DNA of 23,240 nucleotides from a virus: UHGV virus genome UHGV-0143097; one strand, 5' to 3'. Shown piece by piece: positions 1 to 6,906 of this stretch (position 1 is its first letter; each line of letters starts with the position of its first letter). The notes under the pieces were generated by a model. It saw only the letters and a program-made list of their open reading frames with translations, ran no database searches and was not told where the DNA came from. The position numbers and the translations under genes were made by a program.

Positions 1-49
1 TTTTCATGTGTGGTGAGAAAATCAAGGTGGCGTTGAGACGTTTAAAATT

Positions 50-1177
50 TCACAACGCTACTTTGCTCCATCCTTTGCCGCGATCGTCATGATAACGATC
101 GGTTTGTTGTTGCGTTTTATGACCAAGCAGTTTTTGTGTGTCTAACCCCTGTTCTTTGTACAGACGTTCAGATAAAGACCTTTGTTCATGGAATGTTGCG
201 GGTGAGCCATCACCCCAGTCAATTCCTGCTAAATCCCTCGCTTTACTGAAATTCATGGTCAATGTATTGGATTTAACCTGCGCGCCACGTTCAGCTTGTG
301 AAGTAGTACGGAAAAAATGTACAAGGTATGGGCTGACTGCATAGTCACGGCAGCGGGCGACTACATCGCGTAAACTCCAGTTAATCGCGTTGAGACGAAG
401 AGAAAGCGGGATGGCGATTTTGCTCCCGGTTTTTTCCTGGATGACGTGAAGATGATCATCCCAAATATCGCTAAATTTCATACGTGAAATATCACCTAAC
501 CGCTGACCAGTAACCAATGCTAGCAGCATGGCATTTCCCATGTAGCGATGACTGGCATCTGCGATATCAAAGATTTTTTGCCATTCTTCAAGACTTAGCC
601 GCTGTCGTGTAATTTTTCTTCTTGGCTGTTTAGTAGCTAATGCCGGGTTATAGCCAGGAGGTACTTCTCCGTAGTGCTGTGCCTCTTTGAAAACATCAAT
701 CAGGACGGAGCGAACTACTTGCGCCATTCTCGGCTGTCCGGCGGCGATATACTCGTCAAGCAACTGGGCTATATCCCTGACATCAACGGCTGAAATTAAC
801 TTCAGTCCTGCTCGTTCCCTGAGCAAGGATACTGGTTTGGCTTTCTGTTTATAGGTGTTGAGCTTTATATCGCCACTTTTCAGTCTGTCATCCTGGATTG
901 CTTGATAGCGATCTAACCAGGTTGATGTTGTGATTGCTTTTCCTTTGTTGGTTGCGATCCTGTCACTGATAGCCAGAATCTGCCGGGTTCTTTGCTCAGC
1001 CAGGCGTGTATTGGCCTCAGTGGCAATAGCAATGGCTTCAGCTTCGTTTGTACCTAAAGAATGAAACTTCCCGGTCACTGGATGCTTATATCGCCAATAG
1101 ACTTTATTTACTTTTCTGCTATAAAGCGGATACAAGTTCGGGACTGGAACATTATTTTTACGTGGTCTGGCTGCCAT
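50..1177 (-). CDS. int: Tyrosine integrase, lambda Int family
   Basis: 375-aa ORF whose C-terminal region (HEQRSLSERLY ... LLGHKTQQQTDRYHDDRG) aligns by eye with the catalytic region of lambda Int; its start overlaps the 3' end of the upstream excisionase as in lambda. Confidence 0.9.
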   Translation of the reverse strand: MAARPRKNNVPVPNLYPLYSRKVNKVYWRYKHPVTGKFHSLGTNEAEAIAIATEANTRLAEQRTRQILAISDRIATNKGKAITTSTWLDRYQAIQDDRLKSGDIKLNTYKQKAKPVSLLRERAGLKLISAVDVRDIAQLLDEYIAAGQPRMAQVVRSVLIDVFKEAQHYGEVPPGYNPALATKQPRRKITRQRLSLEEWQKIFDIADASHRYMGNAMLLALVTGQRLGDISRMKFSDIWDDHLHVIQEKTGSKIAIPLSLRLNAINWSLRDVVARCRDYAVSPYLVHFFRTTSQAERGAQVKSNTLTMNFSKARDLAGIDWGDGSPATFHEQRSLSERLYKEQGLDTQKLLGHKTQQQTDRYHDDRGKGWSKVAL

Positions 1178-1403
1178 TACTTAAAATCCTTTGTAGAATA
1201 ATAGAATCATTTTTCTTGATGACAGGAGTAACTAATTCCCCAACTAACTCTGCGTCCTCACGCACTCGCCATAGTCGACCTTGTTTCATTGCCGGTGGAC
1301 AAAATAAATTCTGCTTAGCATAACGACGCAATGTGGACACGCTTGGAGGATTACTTCTGTATTTTTCCGCAGCCCATTCCTCAAGTGTCAGCATTTGAAG
1401 CAT
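1158..1403 (-). CDS. xis: Excisionase
   Basis: Small basic ORF overlapping the int start by about 20 nt; N-terminus MLTLEEW resembles lambda Xis MYLTLQEW. Start placed at the Met with GAGG about 9 nt upstream; alternative starts at 1394 or 1418. Confidence 0.75.
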   Translation of the reverse strand: MLQMLTLEEWAAEKYRSNPPSVSTLRRYAKQNLFCPPAMKQGRLWRVREDAELVGELVTPVIKKNDSIILQRILSNGSQTT

Positions 1404-1446
1404 TTTTGATAACCTCATTTCTTTTGCTACAAAACTATTTCACTAG

Positions 1447-1995
1447 TTAATTTCGCTGTCTGGATTGTTTATGTATCTTATGCAGCTCTTTAAAGCGTTC
1501 CATAAACATCCCGTAGGCATGACCCGGTGCCAGTGGAATCACGTTGAACATCTCTGTTGCCGGGATGCCTTCCAGTACAGGCCAGAAAGAGCCATCATCA
1601 AGCCCGAGATCGCGGCGTTCGGTTGCCAGCATGATGAGATCGGCATATTTCACGGGCGTACTCATAACCGGGGGTAACCCGTATTTCTCACGGATTACGG
1701 CGTCTATTTTTTCTTCCATTTGTTTATAGTCAGGAAGAAGGCGTTTCAGTGGTGCGGGAATGTCCTGGCAATACGCTTCTGTTGCATCATGCATTAACGC
1801 TTCAAAAGCAAATTCCTGCGGCACCAGCTGGCTGCAAAGAACCGCATGTTGGGCGACGCTGTAGAAGTGCGAAAGATGACCGGCAAAGCGACAGATATTT
1901 GAAAGGGAAACCGCGATATCGTTAATATCGATGTCGTCTTTATTTATCCTGTCATAATAAAAATGCTTCCCGGAAAAAGTTTTAATAAATGACAT
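1447..1995 (-). CDS. HD-domain phosphohydrolase (YfdR/YfbR-like 5'-deoxynucleotidase family)
   Basis: Conserved His and HD motifs (AGHLSHFY, ALMHDATEAY). Start chosen at the internal Met at 1995, preceded by GGAGA at good spacing; the ORF-track start at 2022 has no RBS. Confidence 0.65.
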   Translation of the reverse strand: MSFIKTFSGKHFYYDRINKDDIDINDIAVSLSNICRFAGHLSHFYSVAQHAVLCSQLVPQEFAFEALMHDATEAYCQDIPAPLKRLLPDYKQMEEKIDAVIREKYGLPPVMSTPVKYADLIMLATERRDLGLDDGSFWPVLEGIPATEMFNVIPLAPGHAYGMFMERFKELHKIHKQSRQRN

Positions 1996-2088
1996 TTTGT
2001 TCTCCACGTATATGCGCTGCACCGCGCTGAATTCTGGTAAAAAGAATCCCTCACCATCCGGCGATTATTGAGTAAATTACGTTTCCAT

Positions 2089-2110
2089 AAATGCCCCCGC
2101 AGGGGCATTT
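2089..2110 (-). terminator. Hairpin between the DUF2303-like and HD genes (possible attenuator or weak terminator)
   Basis: Perfect 9-bp stem AAATGCCCC / GGGGCATTT with a 4-nt loop; only a weak U-tract follows on the minus strand. Confidence 0.35.
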
Positions 2111-2122
2111 GCAGTAATGAAA

Positions 2123-2947
2123 TCAGGCGGTGAAAGTACCAATAAAGGTTTCTACTTTGCTGTCCTTGAATTTCTCAACAAGCAGATCACGAAATTCGTT
2201 AGCCATTTCTTCCTGCACCGCCTCCAGCTGAATAATGCGCAGAACCAGTACAGGACGATCGCCAGTGATAATACTGAGGCGTAATTTAAACGGACGTTCT
2301 TTCAGACCTTCAAACGGAACGCATTTAAATTCAAATGCCACTGGCATAATGTCTTTGGTCTTCGCTTCGACAGACTCCATCAGGGAGCGTTTGCCGCTGA
2401 AGTCATTATCTTCAAAATCAGCGGTCTGGTTTGCTTCAATCGTGATTTTACGGACAGCCGCAGCCGCTTTTGTTGCCTGAATAGCGTCACCATTAGCATC
2501 AAAGCCCACAAGATAGTCGGCCCAGTCTTCAATCCATTCTGCCAGTGACTTCTGGGAGTTACGCTCGCCGTTAACAGACAACAGAGCAGAGAACGGTGCT
2601 GTCTTTTTCAGTTTGAGTGTGGCGGTGTTATCTGCGTGACCTGGTTCATCAATAGTACCCAGGTTAAGCACACTGACGGCACGCATATTATCAGCATCGA
2701 TAAAGCAGCGGGTGCCTTCATCTGCAAGATCTTTAGAATAACGGGTAAAGTCATCGATGCTGGCAGTGGAAAGCGCACCACGGAAACGGAAGCGATTTAA
2801 ATTAAATTTTTCCAGATCATGAATGCGGAAATTCTCAGGCAATGCCACAGCATCGGCACCAATCTTACTGATAATTTCATTAACACCCTGAGCAGAAATA
2901 AGGGCATGGATTTGATTAATTGCGGTTGCGTCTAAGTTCTGAGACAT
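2123..2947 (-). CDS. Prophage accessory protein, DUF2303-like (YfdQ-like)
   Basis: 274-aa ORF co-oriented with the early operon; length and sequence resemble YfdQ of CPS-53-type prophages as I recall it. Confidence 0.6.
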   Translation of the reverse strand: MSQNLDATAINQIHALISAQGVNEIISKIGADAVALPENFRIHDLEKFNLNRFRFRGALSTASIDDFTRYSKDLADEGTRCFIDADNMRAVSVLNLGTIDEPGHADNTATLKLKKTAPFSALLSVNGERNSQKSLAEWIEDWADYLVGFDANGDAIQATKAAAAVRKITIEANQTADFEDNDFSGKRSLMESVEAKTKDIMPVAFEFKCVPFEGLKERPFKLRLSIITGDRPVLVLRIIQLEAVQEEMANEFRDLLVEKFKDSKVETFIGTFTA

Positions 2948-3012
2948 AATAAGTCCTCACTATATAAAGATATTCAGTGATGAGATAAATAATCAGTTAA
3001 TTAAAAACGATA

Positions 3013-3375
3013 TTAACGACCTGCTGCGCGGAGTTTTCCGTCAGGTTCACCGGCAAGAGTCAGTAACTGTCCCTGGTCTTCCTGCAGAATAGTCAGGCGA
3101 CCACCGCGATTGACATACATCGGTGTTTCGGTGGTGTCTTCTTCGGAAATTTTCCCGCGGTTAGTCGGGCGAACATATGAGAGTTTGTGTTTGATTTTCA
3201 CACGGTTCTCATCAAATGGTTCGATTTCCAGGTTGAGTGAGACCTTACCTTTGGTTTTCGTGTTCATCACACCGGAAGCGACTTCACTGAGAACTGCGCC
3301 GATTTTGGTTTCAAATACGCCGCCGTCCAGCTCCCCGATAAATGCCTGCACATCAGTACTGCGTTCGCTAGCCAT
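3013..3375 (-). CDS. Small prophage protein (YfdP-like), 120 aa
   Basis: ATG at 3375 (MASERSTDVQ...) is preceded by GAGGAG. The 226-aa ORF-track version adds a Cys/Arg-rich N-terminal extension through a GC-rich segment and is unlikely to be real. Confidence 0.6.
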   Translation of the reverse strand: MASERSTDVQAFIGELDGGVFETKIGAVLSEVASGVMNTKTKGKVSLNLEIEPFDENRVKIKHKLSYVRPTNRGKISEEDTTETPMYVNRGGRLTILQEDQGQLLTLAGEPDGKLRAAGR

Positions 3376-3424
3376 TTTGCTGCTCCTCATCATATCGACC
3401 CTGCAAGGCCGATTAGTTTCTCCA

Positions 3425-3512
3425 CAAAACAGAGAAGAACACCTGCGGTGGCAGCCGCCCGGATGGATTGAGTTATGAGCCCGTCGTCCGGTGATGCTCT
3501 TCTCTGTTTTGT
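3425..3512. repeat. 15-bp perfect inverted repeat flanking a GC-rich noncoding segment
   Basis: ACAAAACAGAGAAGA at 3425-3439 and its exact reverse complement TCTTCTCTGTTTTGT at 3498-3512; further stems follow, such as GGTACCAG / CTGGTACC at about 3523-3557. Confidence 0.5.
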
Positions 3513-3742
3513 AAAAAGAGCGGTACCAGCCGGAAGCAAGGGTACAAACTGGTACCGCCAGGACTACACACAGCATAAAGGTGTGGTGCCGGGTGCCTCC
3601 CGGTGCCTGGCGAAGGTTGCACACCAGGCGGGTGGGTATCCACAGAAGGTCGACTGTCAGCTTCAACCTTAACCCGCGTGCGCTGAGCCGCATTCACCAC
3701 AACGCTAAGGATTCTCTCTGGTTGAAAATACTTAGCTGTTAT

Positions 3743-3776
3743 GTGCCTGTCTTTTCACCACTTCAGGCTCGGTGGT
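3743..3776 (+). repeat. Copy 1 of a 34-bp conserved element (second copy at 13559-13593)
   Basis: TGTGCCTGTCTTTTCACCACTTCAGGCTCGGTGGT matches 13559-13593 at all but 2 positions (about 32 of 34); both copies contain the hairpin ACCAC-N10-GTGGT and lie 35-75 bp upstream of a plus-strand ORF. Confidence 0.6.
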
Positions 3777-3812
3777 ATCCTTTTAAGCCCGTATACATAA
3801 AAGGAAAATCAA

Positions 3813-4058
3813 ATGACTTTTGATGAAAAAGAACTTGATAATGCAATTAATAAAATCATCGTAACGTCGCTCTTTTCCTGTCTCAGCGACACTCAGCAGA
3901 AACAGTTCTACGAATCGGCTTTCAACATGATCGAGCGTTGTTGTTTCTGCGATGCCGACGAGTTACCTGAAAAAATCAGGAAACAGTTGGCTGATGCTCT
4001 TCGAGTGCGACTTTCTGACCAATTTTCTGAAATGTGCTCTCCGAATTTGGACAAATAG
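3813..4058 (+). CDS. Hypothetical small acidic protein (81 aa)
   Basis: ORF begins 37 bp after repeat copy 1, with AAGGAAAA upstream of the ATG; no recognisable family. Confidence 0.4.
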   Translation: MTFDEKELDNAINKIIVTSLFSCLSDTQQKQFYESAFNMIERCCFCDADELPEKIRKQLADALRVRLSDQFSEMCSPNLDK

Positions 4059-4251
4059 AAAAAGGCCATTTCCATTCAGGGTCTGATGGAAATACTTCAG
4101 CCTGTTCCAAAGCACGGCGTAAAGAGAACACAACTCCAGCCATAATCTGATGTTTCCCATTGGTCCAGCTATCGCCGCTCTGATCTACAGGGGCGGCTAT
4201 GTCGTATGACCAAACGACTTCACAGTTATTGTTTAAAATCTGGACTTTCAT
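3976..4251 (-). CDS. Hypothetical small protein (about 91 aa)
   Basis: ORF downstream of a leftward promoter-like element; start placed at the Met at 4251 (AGGTG 7 nt upstream). Its 3' end overlaps the convergent ORF 3813-4058 by about 80 nt, so one of the two may be spurious. Confidence 0.3.
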   Translation of the reverse strand: MKVQILNNNCEVVWSYDIAAPVDQSGDSWTNGKHQIMAGVVFSLRRALEQAEVFPSDPEWKWPFSICPNSESTFQKIGQKVALEEHQPTVS

Positions 4252-4371
4252 TTCATACACCTGCTTTAACATGAGTGCCTAGTGGCACAACATGACTCAA
4301 CGAATCATCCTGGACTTCATATGCCCCAGGCGGCTACTTCGTGGGCGTCCTGCCTGTTCGTTGTTTCGCTT

Positions 4372-4410
4372 GGGTACATTATGTATCTTAAAGGTACATT
4401 GTCAAGTATA
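4372..4410 (-). promoter_or_regulatory. Leftward promoter with overlapping GGTACA operator-like motifs (pL-like for the second immunity module)
   Basis: On the minus strand, -35 TTGACA (4400-4405), a 17-bp spacer and -10 ATAATG (4377-4382); GGTACA motifs at 4374-4379 and 4393-4398 overlap the promoter. Confidence 0.4.
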
Positions 4411-4432
4411 AAAAAACCTGCCGAAGCAGGTT
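4409..4432 (-). terminator. Rho-independent terminator downstream of the second repressor gene
   Basis: Hairpin AACCTGC-CGAA-GCAGGTT at 4415-4432, followed on the minus strand by TTTTTTTA. Confidence 0.55.
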
Positions 4433-4444
4433 CATAAACATTGA

Positions 4445-5119
4445 TTAGGCTTTGATTTTGTATCTTCTTGGTTTTCCTGAGAAAATCACTGTACCAATTA
4501 TAGAGCAATTACCGTTGATCTTAATGTAAGGCTCAGGCCAGTTTGGGTTTAACGCTTTGAGATAACGCTGTGTCCCATCTTCTATCAACCTTTTGAAGGT
4601 GGTTTCGCCTGTATCGTGCATCAATGCAATAACGTCGTCACCGTGGCAGGCAGGTACTTCAGGATCGACAAAAATCATGTCTCCCGGGCGGTACTCATCA
4701 ATCATTGAATCACCTATCACCCGCAAGATATAAGTCATTTCCCCACAGGGTACAGGGCAGGGATACGTTTCTGCTGTGCTCAAATCAACCTCAGAATATC
4801 CAACTTCTTTCCATGCTCCGGCCTGTACCCATGATATGACAGGGACTAATGTGATTTGTTTATTAGTGATTGAAACATCAGGTTTTTTTGTGATGTTCGT
4901 TGTCTGGTGTTCTTGATCGAGCCATCCGACAGGCAGGTCGAAACATTTTTCGATGTGTCGTGCCATGCTGTCACCGATATTTTTAGTAGCACCATCTCCC
5001 ATAAACCTGCTGGTCTGGGTTGGCTCGCGATCAATCATAGTGGCAAAGGAAGAATTCCCGCCAACACCATCTCTCAGTTTTCTGGCGTTAGACCGCCGGA
5101 TGTCATGGATTGTTTTCAT
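4445..5119 (-). CDS. LexA/CI-type repressor with C-terminal S24 peptidase domain (second immunity repressor)
   Basis: 224-aa ORF with the S24 autocleavage signature (VIGDSM ... PGDMIFVDPE ... TFKRLI) and a C-terminus similar to the cI at 15492-16208; no clear RBS, consistent with a leaderless transcript. Confidence 0.8.
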   Translation of the reverse strand: MKTIHDIRRSNARKLRDGVGGNSSFATMIDREPTQTSRFMGDGATKNIGDSMARHIEKCFDLPVGWLDQEHQTTNITKKPDVSITNKQITLVPVISWVQAGAWKEVGYSEVDLSTAETYPCPVPCGEMTYILRVIGDSMIDEYRPGDMIFVDPEVPACHGDDVIALMHDTGETTFKRLIEDGTQRYLKALNPNWPEPYIKINGNCSIIGTVIFSGKPRRYKIKA

Positions 5120-5133
5120 AACGAAATTAAAAC

Positions 5134-5206
5134 CCTTGTACCGTTAAGGTACAAGTATCTTGAAGGTTCATTTCAATCATGTAATATGTACACCGGAGGT
5201 ACATAT
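5134..5206 (+). promoter_or_regulatory. Divergent operator/promoter region of the second immunity module
   Basis: Palindrome CTTGTACC-GTTAA-GGTACAAG at 5134-5154 and ATATGTAC-N7-GTACATAT at 5184-5206, the latter overlapping the GGAGG RBS of the Cro-like gene. Confidence 0.45.
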
Positions 5207-5209
5207 TGT

Positions 5210-5455
5210 ATGAAAGCGTATTGGGACTCTTTAACCAAAGAACAGCAGGGCGAGTTGGCCGGAAAAGTTGGCTCAACACCTGGCTACTTACGGCTGGTTT
5301 TCAATGGCTATAAAAAAGCCAGTTTTGTGCTGGCTAAAAAACTTGAGCAATGCACGTCAGGTGCAATTACGAAATCTGACTTAAGACCGGATATGCGCGT
5401 CAGCTGTATGGTCATGTGTATACGGCAAAGACCGGCACACTGTCAGAACTGGTGA
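5210..5455 (+). CDS. Cro/Ner-like small HTH regulator
   Basis: 81-aa ORF divergent from the repressor, with GGAGG at 5195-5199; its odd Cys-rich C-terminus runs into the truncated sheath gene, so the 3' end may derive from a deletion junction. Confidence 0.55.
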   Translation: MKAYWDSLTKEQQGELAGKVGSTPGYLRLVFNGYKKASFVLAKKLEQCTSGAITKSDLRPDMRVSCMVMCIRQRPAHCQNW

Positions 5456-6132
5456 ACGCAGGTGACCAGTTTAACCAGCAACACATCACCCTGGCGGGGT
5501 ACGAAAAAGAGACCCAGACGCCTGCCGACGAGCTGGCGGCAAGCCGTACCGCCCGCGCAGCGGTGTTTATCCGCAACGATCCGGCACGTCCCACGCAGAC
5601 CGGTGAGCTGGTGGGTATGCTGCCTGCGCCGAAGGGGAAACGGTTCACGATGACCGAGCAGCAGACCCTGCTGTCTCATGGCGTGGCAACGGCGTATGTC
5701 GAAAGCGGGGGGCTGCGCATTCAGCGTGATGTCACCACGTACAGGAAAAATGCTTACGGGGTTGCGGATAACAGCTACCTCGACAGCGAGACGCTGCATA
5801 CCAGTGCGTATGTACTGCGCAAACTGAAATCCGTCATTACCAGTAAGTACGGGCGTCACAAGCTTGCCAGCGACGGTACCCGCTTTGGTCCCGGTCAGGC
5901 GATTGTCACCCCGGCGGTAATCAAAGGGGAACTGCTGGCAACCTACCGTCAGCTTGAGCGTGCGGGGATCGTGGAAAACTACGAACTGTTTAAGCAGTAC
6001 CTGGTTGTTGAGCGTGATGCCAGCGATCCGAACCGCCTGAACACGCTGTTCCCGCCTGACTATGTTAACCAGTTGCGTGTTTTTGCCGTGGTTAACCAGT
6101 TCCGTCTTCAGTATTCAGAGGAGTCTGCATAA
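5416..6132 (+). pseudogene. Tail sheath protein, C-terminal fragment (Mu gpL / P2 FI-like), 5'-truncated
   Basis: 238 aa resembling only the C-terminal part of contractile-tail sheath proteins (full length is typically about 400-500 aa); no head or N-terminal sheath sequence upstream; stop overlaps the tube gene start. Confidence 0.6.
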
Positions 6133-6488
6133 TGGCCCGTATCGGGGGAACTTGTTATTTCAAAATTGACGGTCAGCAGCTATCGCTGACCGGCGGCATT
6201 GAGGTGCCCATGAACAGGACGGTCAATGATGACATCATCGGCCTGGACGGTTCAGTGGACCGCAAAGAAACTCACCGTGCGCCTTATGTCAAAGGGACCT
6301 TCAAGGTGCCGAAGAATTTTCCGGTGAGCAAAATCACCTCGTCTGATGAGATGACCATCACTGCCGAGCTGGCGAACGGTCAGGTCTATGTATTGTCGTC
6401 CGCCTGGCTGCACGGAGAAGCGAACCATAATGCCGAAGAAGGCACGGTTGATCTTGAGTTCCACGGTGAAGAAGGGGATTACCAGTAA
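6132..6488 (+). CDS. Tail tube protein (Mu gpM-like)
   Basis: 118-aa ORF immediately after the sheath fragment, with overlapping stop/start codons on both sides. Confidence 0.65.
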   Translation: MARIGGTCYFKIDGQQLSLTGGIEVPMNRTVNDDIIGLDGSVDRKETHRAPYVKGTFKVPKNFPVSKITSSDEMTITAELANGQVYVLSSAWLHGEANHNAEEGTVDLEFHGEEGDYQ

Positions 6489-6757
6489 TGAAAGAGCTTG
6501 AGTTAAAGAAACCGATTATCGCTCATGGTGAGACACTCTCCGTACTGGAGTTTGATGAACCCACCGGGAAGGATGTCCGCGAGCTGGGGTATCCCTACCA
6601 GATGAATCAGGATGAGTCCGTCAGACTTCTGGCGCATGTGGTGTCGAAATACATTGTGCGGCTGGCGAAAGTGCCGCAAAGCTCTGTCGACCAGATGTCT
6701 CCGGCAGACCTGAATGCAGCGGCGTGGCTTGTGGCTGGTTTTTTCCTCCAGGCCTGA
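6488..6757 (+). CDS. Tail assembly chaperone (short form)
   Basis: 89-aa ORF between tube and tape measure; contains the slippery heptamer T TTT TTC at 6739-6745 near its 3' end. Confidence 0.65.
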   Translation: MKELELKKPIIAHGETLSVLEFDEPTGKDVRELGYPYQMNQDESVRLLAHVVSKYIVRLAKVPQSSVDQMSPADLNAAAWLVAGFFLQA

Positions 6758-6906
6758 CGGCTGAATACCTCACTGATCGCTTCTTTGACTGCGCCAGCTA
6801 CTGGCGCATTAATCCCTTCGAATTGCTGAATATGCCGATCAGTGAAATTCCCTTGCTGGTCAGTCAGGCAAACAGGATAGAGCAGGAGAAACGCACACAT
6901 GGCTGA
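6488..6906 (+). CDS. Tail assembly chaperone, predicted -1 frameshift extension product
   Basis: A -1 slip at 6739-6745 joins the zero frame to the overlapping ORF ending at 6906, as in lambda G/GT and P2 E/E'. Confidence 0.5.

Noticed and set aside
1-49. attL core at the left end next to int
   Set aside because: Only about 50 bp lie beyond int and no repeat of this sequence occurs elsewhere in the window, so the attachment site cannot be assigned.
3013-3693. 226-aa version of the YfdP-like ORF extending upstream to 3693
   Set aside because: The N-terminal 106 residues are Cys/Arg/Pro-rich, run through the GC-rich stem-rich segment and lack an RBS; the internal ATG at 3375 has a strong GAGGAG RBS and gives a compact 120-aa protein.
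3420-3700. Retron msr/msd locus suggested by the long flanking inverted repeats
   Set aside because: No reverse transcriptase gene is adjacent; the neighbouring ORFs are small and unrelated.
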